DNA of 64,000 nucleotides. It comes from Alphaproteobacteria bacterium (GTDB taxonomy: Bacteria; Pseudomonadota; Alphaproteobacteria; GCA-2731375). The notes under the pieces are model-generated. The model saw only the letters and a list, made by a program, of their open reading frames with translations. It was not told the origin of the DNA and did not search any database. The DNA lies in the NCBI GenBank assembly GCA_965232515.1, contig CBDDPY010000002.1, positions 6,848,001-6,912,000 of the forward strand, read 5' to 3'. The number at the start of each line of letters is the position of its first letter. The first letter of the stretch is position 1. A program made the position numbers and the translations under genes. Shown here one piece after another: positions 22,128 through 33,380 of the stretch.

Positions 22128-22964
22128 ATGACGAACACCATTGCCGATCTGATCGAGCATCGCTTCGGTCTGCCGAGCGACGCGGGCCGCGGGATGCCGG
22201 CCGACGGCACGCTGGCGCAGCTGCTCAAGCATCGCACGCATCGCCGGTATGCGGACGCGCCGGTGCCCGACGACCTGCTGCAGGTGCTGCTGGCCTGCGC
22301 GTTCTCGGCGCCGTCGAAGTCCGATCTGCAACAGGCCTCGGTCGTGCTGATCAAGGACGCGCGAAAACGTCAGGCGCTCGCCGACCTGATCCCGAGCATG
22401 CCGTGGATCGGGAGCGCGCCGGTGTTCATGGTATTCTGCGGCGACAACCGGCGCATCCGCCGGATCTGCGAGATGCGCGGCCGGCCGTTCGCCAACGACA
22501 ATCTCGACAGCTTCATGAACGCCGCCGTCGATACCGGCCTGGTGATGCAGAGCTTCATCGTCGCCGCCGAAGCCGCGGGCCTGGGCTGTTGTCCGATCAG
22601 CGTGCTGCGCAACCACATCGACGCGGTGGCTGCGCTGCTGGAGCTGCCGGACGGCGTGTTTCCGCTGGCCGGTCTTTGCGTCGGCGTGCCAGCGCAGGAA
22701 GGTTATGTCAGCCTGCGCCTGCCACCGGCCGCGACCGTGCACACCGACCGTTACGACGACAGCGACCTGCCGGCGGCCATCGACGGTTACGACCGCCGGC
22801 GCGACGCGCGGTATTCGGTGCCGCCGGAAAAGCAGCGCTACGTCGACGACTACGGCGTCGCGGATTTCTACGGCTGGTCGGAAGACAAGGCCCGACAGGT
22901 ATCGCGGCCGGAGCGTATGCAGTTGCGCGACTATCTCGAGCGCCACGGCTTCGCCTTGCGTTGA
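22128..22964 (+). CDS. NfsA/Frp-type nitroreductase (flavin oxidoreductase)
   Basis: HRTHRRY, SAPSKSDLQ, AEAAGLGCCPI, RLP motifs. Confidence 0.9.
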   Translation: MTNTIADLIEHRFGLPSDAGRGMPADGTLAQLLKHRTHRRYADAPVPDDLLQVLLACAFSAPSKSDLQQASVVLIKDARKRQALADLIPSMPWIGSAPVFMVFCGDNRRIRRICEMRGRPFANDNLDSFMNAAVDTGLVMQSFIVAAEAAGLGCCPISVLRNHIDAVAALLELPDGVFPLAGLCVGVPAQEGYVSLRLPPAATVHTDRYDDSDLPAAIDGYDRRRDARYSVPPEKQRYVDDYGVADFYGWSEDKARQVSRPERMQLRDYLERHGFALR

Positions 22965-22996
22965 GTAGGCTTTTTTGTCGGCCAAATTGGCCTGTT

Positions 22997-23079
22997 CTCG
23001 ACCCGTCCCACTCCCCCACCCGACCACCCACGGAAGTATGCTCAATGGGTGGTCGGGTGGGGGCGTGGGACGGGTCGAG
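22997..23079. repeat. Long extragenic palindrome (REP/MITE-like)
   Basis: 34-bp arms (22997-23030 / 23046-23079) with one mismatch, 15-nt loop, no U-tract. Confidence 0.85.
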
Positions 23080-23118
23080 TTCGATGCCCATCGGCATCGA
23101 TATTGATAGGGGGAGGCG

Positions 23119-23562
23119 ATGGCCTGGTTTTATCTTTTGCTCGCCGGCATGTGCGGCGTGATGGTGCCGTTGCAGGCGGGCATCAACGGCGAGCTGGCAC
23201 GCCGTATCGGTCAGCCGGCGACGGCGGCGTTGATCTCCGTCGCGGTAACGTTGATGGTCTTCGTCAGCTATCGCCTGTTCCTGCGCGCGCCGCTGCCCGG
23301 CATGAAGGACTTCGCCGCCCTGCCGTGGTGGCTTTGGACCGGCGGTCTGCTCGGCGCCTTCTTCGTCATCGGCTCGCTGACCGCCGCACCGAAGATCGGC
23401 GCCGCCTCGCTGGTCGCTTTCGTCGTCGCCGGCCAGATCCTCGCCGCCCTGGCGCTCGATCACTTCGGCATCGCCGGTTATGCGACGCAGGCCTTCTCGC
23501 CGTGGCGACTGGTCGGCGCCGCCATGCTGATGGTCGGCGTCATTCTGATCCTCAACAGCTAG
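23119..23562 (+). CDS. DMT-superfamily small membrane protein (YdcZ/DUF606-like)
   Basis: Q..IN..L, PWWLWTGGLLGA, GQ....LALDHFG. Confidence 0.9.
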   Translation: MAWFYLLLAGMCGVMVPLQAGINGELARRIGQPATAALISVAVTLMVFVSYRLFLRAPLPGMKDFAALPWWLWTGGLLGAFFVIGSLTAAPKIGAASLVAFVVAGQILAALALDHFGIAGYATQAFSPWRLVGAAMLMVGVILILNS

Positions 23563-23568
23563 GCGAAA

Positions 23569-24069
23569 CTAACGCCGCGATGGGTCGGTGCGCTGCTGCC
23601 GGATGCGCTCCTGGTCGAGGCGGCGGTCGCGGATGCGTTGCTGCTGTTGCTCGATCAGCATGCGGTGGCTGCTGCCGCCCCAGTCCCGGGTACAGCCGGC
23701 GGCCTGGCCGCGGCAGAAGTCGCGGAATTGACGGTTGAGCGCCGGCGGCGGGCTGACCAGCGGCCGCACCTGCTGGCGCGACGACGACGGCGGTGGCGAC
23801 GGCGCCACGATGGATGGCGATGGCAGAGGCCGGATAAGCGAAGGCGTCGGCCGTTGCACGCCCGGCGACGGATCGGGCAGGCGGGGCACGCGCGCGGAAA
23901 TCGCCGGCCGGCCCTGCACCAGCGACGGCACCGATCTGTTCAGGCCGAGCGTCGGCGGCTGCGACGACGACTGGGCCGGTTCACCATCGGCCGATGACGC
24001 GGTCTGCGCCGCCGCCGGGGCCGGCAGCACGGCCAGCCCGAACGCGATGATGGCCAGTCGACTCCACAT
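23569..24069 (-). CDS. Secreted Pro/Ser-rich hypothetical protein
   Basis: GGAGG RBS, signal peptide MWSRLAIIAFGLAVLPAPAAA, low-complexity middle, Cys pair near the C-terminus. Confidence 0.6.
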   Translation of the reverse strand: MWSRLAIIAFGLAVLPAPAAAQTASSADGEPAQSSSQPPTLGLNRSVPSLVQGRPAISARVPRLPDPSPGVQRPTPSLIRPLPSPSIVAPSPPPSSSRQQVRPLVSPPPALNRQFRDFCRGQAAGCTRDWGGSSHRMLIEQQQQRIRDRRLDQERIRQQRTDPSRR

Positions 24070-24167
24070 TGCGCGACCTCCTGGCGAGCGAGCGTTACGA
24101 TAGCACCTGGCGCGTGGCGGTTCCGTGTTATCGTCGCGGCCGTCTTGCGTTTGGGAGCCAACGAACC

Positions 24168-24950
24168 ATGACCGAGCCGTCACCAGCCGTCCACGTCGAC
24201 ATCGAAACGCGGTCCGACGGCGGCCGTATCGCCACCGTCACCTACGACAATCGATATAAGTTGAACTGCCTGCCATCGCCACTGCTGGCCGAATTCGTCG
24301 CCGCGTTCGAGCGGCTGGCCGCAGACGACGACCTGCGCGCCGTGGTGCTGACCGGCGCCGGCGACAAGGCCTTCATCGGCGGCGCCGACATCAACGAGCT
24401 GTCGGATCTGACGCCGGAGACGGCGCGCGCTTTCATCTCGAAGGTGCAGGCGGCCTGCGGCGCCGTGCGCGCGCTGCCGGTGCCCGTGGTGGCGCGCATC
24501 CGCGGCTACTGCCTGGGCGCGGGGCTTGAGATCGCCGCCGCCTGCGATCTGCGCATCGCCGACGACAGCGCCGTGTTCGGCATGCCGGAGGTCCGGGTCG
24601 GTCTGCCGTCGGTCGTCGAGGCCGCGCTGCTGCCGCAGCTCGTCGGCTGGGGCAAGGCGCGCGAGATGGTCTATCTGGCGCTGAACTATTCGGCCGCCGA
24701 GGCGGCGGCGATGGGGCTGGTCGAGCGCCTGGTCGCGCCGGCCGAGCTGGATGCCGCCGTGGCGGAATGGGTTGACCATATCGCGTCGGCCGGACCGCTG
24801 GCGATCCGGGCGCAGAAGGCGTTGGTCGCCAAATGGGAGGCGCTGCCGCTGGCCGACGCCATCCGGGCCGGTATCGACTCGCTGGCCGACAGCTATCACA
24901 CCGACGAGCCGCGCCGGATGATGCAGCCGTTTTTCGATCGCAAACGCTGA
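24168..24950 (+). CDS. Enoyl-CoA hydratase/isomerase family protein
   Basis: AFIGGADI, GYCLGAGLEIAAACDLRIA, FGMPEVRVGL. Confidence 0.92.
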   Translation: MTEPSPAVHVDIETRSDGGRIATVTYDNRYKLNCLPSPLLAEFVAAFERLAADDDLRAVVLTGAGDKAFIGGADINELSDLTPETARAFISKVQAACGAVRALPVPVVARIRGYCLGAGLEIAAACDLRIADDSAVFGMPEVRVGLPSVVEAALLPQLVGWGKAREMVYLALNYSAAEAAAMGLVERLVAPAELDAAVAEWVDHIASAGPLAIRAQKALVAKWEALPLADAIRAGIDSLADSYHTDEPRRMMQPFFDRKR

Positions 24951-24967
24951 ACGGAGACCGGCAACGG

Positions 24968-25510
24968 ATGTCCGACGTCTGGGTGTTCGGCTACGGATCG
25001 CTGATGTGGGATCCGGGATTTCGGCACGCCGATACGGCGCCGGCGCTGATCCGCGGCTGGCATCGCGCCTTCTCGATCGTCAGCCACGAGAGCTGGGGCA
25101 GCGCCGACCGGCCCGGTCTGGTCGCCGCGCTGCATGCCGGCGGCGCCTGCCGGGGACTGGCGTTGCGCGTGCCGCGGCGCGATTGGGCGGACGCGCGCGA
25201 CTATCTCGATCGGCGCGAGAACGCCTACCGGCGGATTGCGGCGACGGTCGAGCTGCACGATGGTGGACGGCAAACGACGGTTTCCGCCGTGACGTATGTA
25301 TTCGACCCCGCACATGAACGCGCCGTCGGCAAGCTGCCGCTCATGGAGACGGCGCGCCTGATCGCCCAGGGCGAGGGGCGCAAGGGCAGCGCGCGCAGCT
25401 ATCTCTTCAACACGGTCGATTGTCTGACCGACATGGGCAGCCGGCCCGGGCAGCCCCTGCGCAAGCTGGTCGACGCAGTCAACGCGCGAGCGCCGCGGCG
25501 TCGGCCATGA
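24968..25510 (+). CDS. ChaC-like gamma-glutamylcyclotransferase
   Basis: WVFGYGSLMW, PGLV..L, YL..RE. Confidence 0.9.
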   Translation: MSDVWVFGYGSLMWDPGFRHADTAPALIRGWHRAFSIVSHESWGSADRPGLVAALHAGGACRGLALRVPRRDWADARDYLDRRENAYRRIAATVELHDGGRQTTVSAVTYVFDPAHERAVGKLPLMETARLIAQGEGRKGSARSYLFNTVDCLTDMGSRPGQPLRKLVDAVNARAPRRRP

Positions 25511-25529
25511 TGCGGGTCGGAGATGTAGG

Positions 25530-25736
25530 CTAGGGCCCGGCCGGCTGGTTGCGGCGGTCTTCCTGCTGCCGGATCCACTCGAGATCACGCGCCACGCATT
25601 CGTTGTATTCCGGCGTGCCCTTGACGAACCCGGCCCGTTCGCAACGTTCCTGGAACCAGGTCGGACGTTCGGTCTGGCAGGCCGACAGCGCGGCGCCGAG
25701 AGCGGCGAAAAAGATCAGACGCGACATGTGGGTCAT
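25530..25736 (-). CDS. Small lipoprotein
   Basis: Lipobox ALSAC; C...GF..GT.EY..C pattern. Confidence 0.7.
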   Translation of the reverse strand: MTHMSRLIFFAALGAALSACQTERPTWFQERCERAGFVKGTPEYNECVARDLEWIRQQEDRRNQPAGP

Positions 25737-25975
25737 GGGAAAAAGCCGGCCGCCGTCGACGTTAACGAATCACGAACCATAACGTATCACAGGCCCTGCC
25801 GGTCGACGATTTTACCGTCGGCACGCCGTCCACCGGCGCCGGCCGTGACAATGCCGTGACCGGCGGTAAGGAATCGGTAAAGGTTTTTCTGTCAGGCTGA
25901 CCATCAAGCTCACACAATCAATGGTCCCGGATCGGTCGCCATGCGTACCCCAGCGCGACTGGAAAGGAGGATCAC

Positions 25976-26161
25976 ATGTGGTACCAACTCGCCGTCAGAC
26001 TGGGCGCCGTTCGCAGAAACCGAAAGGGCGCGACCGCGATCGAATATGCGTTGATCGCCGCCGGCATCTCACTGGCCATCATCACCACGGTGTTCCTGCT
26101 CGGCACCGACGTGCTCGGACTCTACCAGGACGTCGAGAGCGGCTTCGCCAGCAACGGTTGA
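25976..26161 (+). CDS. flp: Flp/Fap type IVb pilin
   Basis: GATAIEYALIAA Flp motif followed by a hydrophobic helix; AGGAGG RBS. Confidence 0.9.
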   Translation: MWYQLAVRLGAVRRNRKGATAIEYALIAAGISLAIITTVFLLGTDVLGLYQDVESGFASNG

Positions 26162-26203
26162 TTGGGGGCCGGTCAAAGCTGATCGAGACGATCGGCGCCG
26201 GCC

Positions 26204-26923
26204 TCACCGGGTCAGCGCGCCGTCGAACTCGACCTCGAGCACGCCGGCGAGTTTTTCCAGACGATCCCGGCCGCGGATATAGAGCGTCGAGCCCTTGCGG
26301 TCGATGATGCCGCCGCTCGCGAGCTGGCTCATGGAGCGCGCCACCGTCTCACGCGTCGTGCTGGCGCGACTGGCGATCACCTTGTGCGTCGGCACGTTGC
26401 GGATCGCCCATTCGCCGTTTTCAGGCCCCGTCTCCTCGGCCAGCCGCAGCAGCTCGACATAGACCCGCTGCACGGCGCCCAGCGTCGACAGATCCATAAT
26501 CCGCTCGTCGCAGGACCGCACGATGGCGGCGAGCTTGTTCATGACCACCAAAGCCAACTCGGGATTGTCCCGCAGCAGATCGATGAACAGCCGCGGCGAC
26601 AGCGAGGCCAGCAGGCAGTTGTCGATCGCCACCACGCTCGCCGAGCGGGGCTGACCGTCGATGGCCGAGAGCTCGCCGAAAAAGCCGCCGGCGCCGACGC
26701 GCGCCAACGCGATCTCGCGGCCGGTCATCGAGAAGTTGACAACCTGCACCGAACCGTCGACGACGAAATAGACGTCGCGATCGTCGCTGTCCTTGTCGAG
26801 GATCTGCTCCTCGGACTTATAGCGCCGCCAGCGGCATCGTTTTTCCAGGTTTCGTAGCGCCTCGGCGGGGATATCCGCCAGAAGCTGAACGCCGTCGAGA
26901 CGGCTTTGCGCATCCCCTGTCAC
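26204..26923 (-). CDS. Crp/Fnr family transcriptional regulator
   Basis: cNMP domain FFGELSAIDGQPRSASV and HTH TTRETVAR; start uncertain (GTG 26923 chosen). Confidence 0.88.
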   Translation of the reverse strand: MTGDAQSRLDGVQLLADIPAEALRNLEKRCRWRRYKSEEQILDKDSDDRDVYFVVDGSVQVVNFSMTGREIALARVGAGGFFGELSAIDGQPRSASVVAIDNCLLASLSPRLFIDLLRDNPELALVVMNKLAAIVRSCDERIMDLSTLGAVQRVYVELLRLAEETGPENGEWAIRNVPTHKVIASRASTTRETVARSMSQLASGGIIDRKGSTLYIRGRDRLEKLAGVLEVEFDGALTR

Positions 26924-27034
26924 GTCGAACTGTCCCCTGAGCGTGCCCGTTGCGTGCCGGTGTCGCCGAGTATACACAAAAAGCCGCCGCCGACGACGCT
27001 CGACGCGGCATGGCATCGCAGTGGAGACGCCGGG

Positions 27035-28210
27035 CTAGCCGCCGAGCAGGAGCGCGTCGCGTTCGTAGAGCCGGCGCGCCAGGTGCAGCAGCGCCAGCGC
27101 GGCGAGGCTGGTGGCGACCACCGACAAAGCCGCCTGCGCCGGGTCGACCGGTTCGTTGCGAACGAGCTGGCCGATCAGCAGGATCTGCCCGAAGGTCGGC
27201 AGCGCCATCATCCAGAGCTGCGCCTTCAGCGGCACGAAGACCAGGATCATGCCCGGCAGCGCCGGGATCAGCGGCAGCAGGCCGAGATAGGTCTGCGTCT
27301 CCTTGTAGCTGCGGCTGGCGGCGGCGACGATAATCTGCAGCGCCACCGCGAACAGCATCAGCGGCAGGCTGATGACGAAGATGGCGACGAAGACGTCGAG
27401 ACCGGGATCGATCGGCACGCCGAAGCCGCCGAGCGACAACAGGCCGAACATGGCCTTGAACGCGGTGAGCTGCAGGAGCACGGTGACCGCGGTGAAGGCA
27501 AGCGTCGCCATCGCCTTGCCGAGCATGACGTCGCGCCGCGCCACCGGATTGACCAGCAGCGGCTCCAGGCTGCCGCGCTCGCGTTCGCCGCTGGTGCTGT
27601 CGATCGCCAGATAAACGCCGCCGACGAAGATGGTGAAGATCACGAACGGCGGCAGCATGTTGAGGAAAAATCCGGCGAGACTGCGGCTTTCGCTGACGTT
27701 CACGTGCGCGATCCGCAACGGCCGGGCGCTGGCTGGATCGATGCCGTGGCGCCGCAGGCGGTCATCGGCGAGCTCGGCGGCATAGCGTTGCAACAGGCCG
27801 GCGACGCGGCCGCTGCTGACGACCGTCGAAAGCCGGGTGGTGCTGATCAGCAAGCTGAGCCCCGCGGGCCTTTCGGCCGCCAGGTCGACGGCAAAGCCGT
27901 CGTCGACGATGAGCGCGATCTCGATATTGCCGTCGCGCACCGCGGCGGCCGGATCGTCGGGCGCGGCGGTGACCTCGATGCCGTTGTCCCTGAGGAAGGC
28001 GAGCAGTTCGGGCGCCCGCTCGCCGCCGGCGACCGCCAGCGTCACCGGGGCGTCGCCGCCTCGGCTGGTCAGGCCGCCGACGAAGGCCATCAGCAATCCC
28101 AGCAGCGTCGCGCCCACCAGCGGATAGATCAGGGCGACGAAGACGCTGCGCCGGTCGCGCAGGTTGTCGACCATCTCCTTAGCGAACACCACGCCGACGG
28201 CTGACGTCAC
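27035..28210 (-). CDS. ABC exporter permease (NatB-like)
   Basis: KE....RDRRS, GERERGSLEPLL, SYKETQ. Confidence 0.88.
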   Translation of the reverse strand: MTSAVGVVFAKEMVDNLRDRRSVFVALIYPLVGATLLGLLMAFVGGLTSRGGDAPVTLAVAGGERAPELLAFLRDNGIEVTAAPDDPAAAVRDGNIEIALIVDDGFAVDLAAERPAGLSLLISTTRLSTVVSSGRVAGLLQRYAAELADDRLRRHGIDPASARPLRIAHVNVSESRSLAGFFLNMLPPFVIFTIFVGGVYLAIDSTSGERERGSLEPLLVNPVARRDVMLGKAMATLAFTAVTVLLQLTAFKAMFGLLSLGGFGVPIDPGLDVFVAIFVISLPLMLFAVALQIIVAAASRSYKETQTYLGLLPLIPALPGMILVFVPLKAQLWMMALPTFGQILLIGQLVRNEPVDPAQAALSVVATSLAALALLHLARRLYERDALLLGG

Positions 28211-28950
28211 GCCGCGCTCCCGAGACCGGCCTCAGGGCCGCCGATGCTCTGCAGGAAGACATCTTCGAGGGCCGCGCAGCCGGTGCGCCGACGCAGCTCG
28301 TCCGGCGTGCCGCTGGCGACGACGCGGCCGCCGGCGATAACCACCAGGCGATCGCAGAGCGCCTCGACCTCGGCCATGATGTGGCTCGACAGCAGGATGC
28401 AGCGACCGGCGTCGCGCAGCTCGGCGATCAATTGCCGTACCGCCCGGCCGGCGCCGATATCCAGACCGTTGGTCGGCTCGTCGAGGATCAGGTTGCGCGG
28501 TTCGTGCACCAGCGCGCGAGCCAGCGCCACCTTCAGCGACTGGCCGCGCGAGAATCCCTTGGCCCGCCGGTCGGCGATGTCGGCCATGCCGAGGCGGTCG
28601 ATCAGATCATCGCAGCGGGCCTCCAACGCATCGGACGGCAGGCCGTGCAGACGGCCGAAATAGCGGATGTGCTCGCGCGCGGTCAGGCGCGGATAGAGGC
28701 CGCGCGCATCGGGCAGCACGCCGATCCGACGCTGCACCTCGCGGGGCTGCGTGGCGGCGTCGAAGCCGTCGACGCGGGCCCTGCCGGCGTCCGCCCGGAG
28801 CGCCGTGTAGAGAATGCGCAGGCTGGTGGTCTTGCCGGCGCCGTTCGGGCCGATCAGACCGGTGATCTCGCCGTCGCGGGCGGTGAAGCTGACGCCGCTC
28901 AGCGCCTGCAGGCCGCGGAACGCCTTCGACAGATGGCGGACGTCGATCAC
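28207..28950 (-). CDS. ABC exporter ATP-binding protein (NatA-like)
   Basis: GTG start overlapping the patatin stop; GPNGAGKT, FSRGQ, LDEPTNGLD, SSH. Confidence 0.92.
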   Translation of the reverse strand: MIDVRHLSKAFRGLQALSGVSFTARDGEITGLIGPNGAGKTTSLRILYTALRADAGRARVDGFDAATQPREVQRRIGVLPDARGLYPRLTAREHIRYFGRLHGLPSDALEARCDDLIDRLGMADIADRRAKGFSRGQSLKVALARALVHEPRNLILDEPTNGLDIGAGRAVRQLIAELRDAGRCILLSSHIMAEVEALCDRLVVIAGGRVVASGTPDELRRRTGCAALEDVFLQSIGGPEAGLGSAA

Positions 28951-29870
28951 GGCGTGCCCTGGTCGCCGAGGGGCGGCGCGTGTTCGCCCAGCACCGCCAG
29001 CGCTTCGCGCAGCGTCGGCATGGTCTGGCGCACCGCCTCTTCGCCCGCGGCGATGGCGTCCGGCGCCTGGTCGAATTCCAGCAGGCCGATATGGCCGACC
29101 TTGGGCGCGATCATCACATCGGGCGGATCGCCGGCCAGCCGCGACCGGCTGATCCGGTCCTGCAGGATGCCGAGCGAGGCGACCATCACGTTGAACAGGC
29201 CCGGCGCGCCCTCGGCCTGCCCGAACAGCTGCGACAGCAGGTTGCCGCCATTGCCGCCGCCGTTTCCGTTCGTGGCGGCGGCGGCCTGGGCGGGGGACGG
29301 CGTGCGGCGGCTGCCGAACATGTCGGCGTTGAGGTTGACCGCGATCACCAGCCGGGCGCCGAAGGCGCGGCAGACCGACACCGGCACCGGGTTGACCAGG
29401 GCGCCGTCGACCAACGCCTGGTTGTCGATCTCGTGCGGCGTGAACACGCCGGGCAGCGCGTAGGAGGCCCGGAGCGCGTCGACCAGGGCGCCGCGGCGCA
29501 GCCAGATCTCGTGGCCGGTCTCGAGCTCGGTGGCGACCGCCGCGAATGGCACGTCCAGGTCTTGGACCCGCATGTCGCCCAGATTGTCGTTCAGCAGTCG
29601 GGTCAGTCGGCGGCCGCCGATCAGGCCGCCGGCGCTGAGCGACAGGTCGAGATAGCGCAGGATGCGCATGCGGTTCAGGCCGCGCGCCCAGTCCTCCAGC
29701 ACGTCCAGATGTCCGGCCAGCCAGACGCCGCCGACCAGCGCGCCGATCGAGGTGCCGGCGACGATGTCGGGGCGGATGCCTTCGGCGACCAGCGCCCGGA
29801 TGACCCCGATATGGGCCCATCCACGGCCGGCGCCGCTGCCGAGTGCCAATCCAATGCGCGGGCGGGTCAT
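28947..29870 (-). CDS. Patatin-like phospholipase (RssA/YchK-like)
   Basis: ALGSGAGRGWAHIG, GTSIG nucleophile, DGA catalytic Asp. Confidence 0.93.
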   Translation of the reverse strand: MTRPRIGLALGSGAGRGWAHIGVIRALVAEGIRPDIVAGTSIGALVGGVWLAGHLDVLEDWARGLNRMRILRYLDLSLSAGGLIGGRRLTRLLNDNLGDMRVQDLDVPFAAVATELETGHEIWLRRGALVDALRASYALPGVFTPHEIDNQALVDGALVNPVPVSVCRAFGARLVIAVNLNADMFGSRRTPSPAQAAAATNGNGGGNGGNLLSQLFGQAEGAPGLFNVMVASLGILQDRISRSRLAGDPPDVMIAPKVGHIGLLEFDQAPDAIAAGEEAVRQTMPTLREALAVLGEHAPPLGDQGTP

Positions 29871-30005
29871 CTTGACCGCTGTTTTAGTCGGACAATGGCT
29901 GAATTTCGGTTAACCATCGCATGCGGCGGTTTGCCGGGCAAAAAGCATCTGCGTGGCGCGTTGCGGACGGGCCGAAATCTTTTTCAAAACGTTTACGTTT
30001 GCCGC

Positions 30006-30034
30006 TTGCGCCGGTCGGGGGCGATGTATATAAC
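30006..30034 (+). promoter_or_regulatory. Candidate sigma70 promoter of the rrn operon
   Basis: TTGCGC-N17-TATAAC with an AT-rich upstream tract, ~380 nt before 16S. Confidence 0.6.
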
Positions 30035-30182
30035 CGGGGTTTGCGCCCTGCAGTTTCTTAGTGGCTCTTGAGCGGTGCGACGGCCGGTCCCGACATCAAA
30101 CCGGTGGCACGCTCCGCAACCTCTTGGGCCGTTTCGAGGTGGTGGGACGCAACCGACGCCCGGCTTCCGGTGCCGTCGAGGG

Positions 30183-30197
30183 CTCTTTGACATTGTT
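30183..30197 (+). promoter_or_regulatory. rrn leader boxA antitermination element
   Basis: GCTCTTTGACATTGT. Confidence 0.75.
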
Positions 30198-30417
30198 GGT
30201 TTAAGGGAAGGGAAGCGTGGACGGCGGCGTTTTGTGCTGTCGTTTTTGGCTTTCCTGTTTGCCGCGGGGTTGGCCTGGTTTCGGCCGGGTTGGTTTCGTG
30301 GTGACGAAGAAGTCTTGTGCGACAGCAATTGATGAGCGATTGGGTCGTGCGTTGTTCTGTCGTGTCGGTTTTGGCCGGTGCGGTGGGTTGATGCATGGCT
30401 TCAAGAGCGTCAAGCCT

Positions 30418-31934
<1,517 letters not shown>

Positions 31935-32182
31935 TCGGAGATCAGGGGTCAGATGCCAGATGTCGGAAGGTCTAGGCCTTCGGACGCTGCGGGACTGACC
32001 GGATCTCTGAGCTTTGGACAAAAACGGTTGGGTGTTGTTTGACAACTGTCATCCGACCTTCAACTCCTGAAGACGCCGCCGTCTTCGTTTCTCTTCCCAC
32101 TGTCAGGTATCGGGGATCAGGGATCGGGCATCGACCGCACGTGGTTGCGGATGCCCGATCCCTGATCCCCGTCCCCTGATCT

Positions 32183-32259
<77 letters not shown>

Positions 32260-32339
32260 ATCGGGTGTCAGGCGTCAGGGATCGGGCATCGGCGATATGT
32301 GTTGCCGATTCCTGTCACCGGATCCCCGAAACCCGGTTC

Positions 32340-32415
32340 GGGGCTGTAGCTCAGTTGGGAGAGCGCCTGCTTTGCAAGCAGGAGGTCATCGGTTCGATCC
32401 CGTTCAGCTCCACCA
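32340..32415 (+). tRNA. tRNA-Ala(TGC)
   Basis: GGGGCTGTAGCTCAG...TTTGCAA...GGTTCGAT...CAGCTCCACCA. Confidence 0.98.
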
Positions 32416-32567
32416 AGGCGCGCCTGCGGCGCGCCAGGGATCAGGTATCGGGGATCAGGCATCAGGGTCCAGGGATCGGATGTCAGTTGTCAGCGGTTGG
32501 TTGTCGGGTTGGTCCGATGCCTGAGCGCTGAGATCTGTCATCTGTTTATCGTTGTTTTGACGGAAAC

Positions 32568-32582
32568 GTTTTTTGACATTGT
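32568..32582 (+). promoter_or_regulatory. Spacer boxA element
   Basis: GTTTTTTGACATTGT, matching the leader boxA. Confidence 0.7.
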
Positions 32583-33380
32583 GAAGAGGGTTCTAACCGA
32601 CGAAGTGGATTGTCGGGCAGGGACGTTGCGTCCCGGGTTTATCGGTTTATCCGATCCCCGAGACCTGATCCCCGATGCCCGAAGGATCCGCTTCGACTGA
32701 TCTGGAAATTTTGTTCTTCACGAGAGCTTGGAATCCGGGTCTGGGGTTCTGCATCTGCCGGTCTTGGTGGTTGGTTATCTGACTTCTGATACCTGACTTC
32801 CGACATCTGCTTTTGATGCCTGATTCCCGATCCCTGATCTCTGGGTTTTAGTGACGATCAAGCGTCTTAAGGGCATTTGGTGGATGCCTTGGCACCGAGA
32901 GGCGATGAAGGACGTGGTAGGCTGCGAAAAGCCGCGGGGAGCTGCCAGCAAGCTTTGATCCGTGGATCTCCGAATGGGGAAACCCGGCCCGTAAGGGTCA
33001 TCGTTGTCTGAATCCATAGGGCAGCGAGGCGAACCCGGCGAACTGAAACATCTCAGTAGCCGGAGGAAAGGACATCAACCGAGACTCCGCTAGTAGTGGC
33101 GAGCGAACGCGGACCAGGCCAGTGGCGATTGTCAGTGAACCGGAACGGTCTGGAAAGGCCGGCCGTAGTGGGTGATAGCCCCGTACGGGTAAAGCTGACA
33201 GGCGTCCTTGAGTAGGGCGGGACACGTGAAATCCTGCTTGAACATGGGGGGACCACCCTCCAAGCCTAAGTACTCCTCGGTGACCGATAGCGAACCAGTA
33301 CCGTGAGGGAAAGGTGAAAAGCACCCCGACGAGGGGAGTGAAACAGACCCTGAAACCGAATGCCTACAATCAGTGGGAGC

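Noticed and set aside
32980-33005. Possible helix-9 IVS typical of Alphaproteobacteria
   Set aside because: The region is a short hairpin (GGCCC-GTAA-GGGTC) with no insertion.
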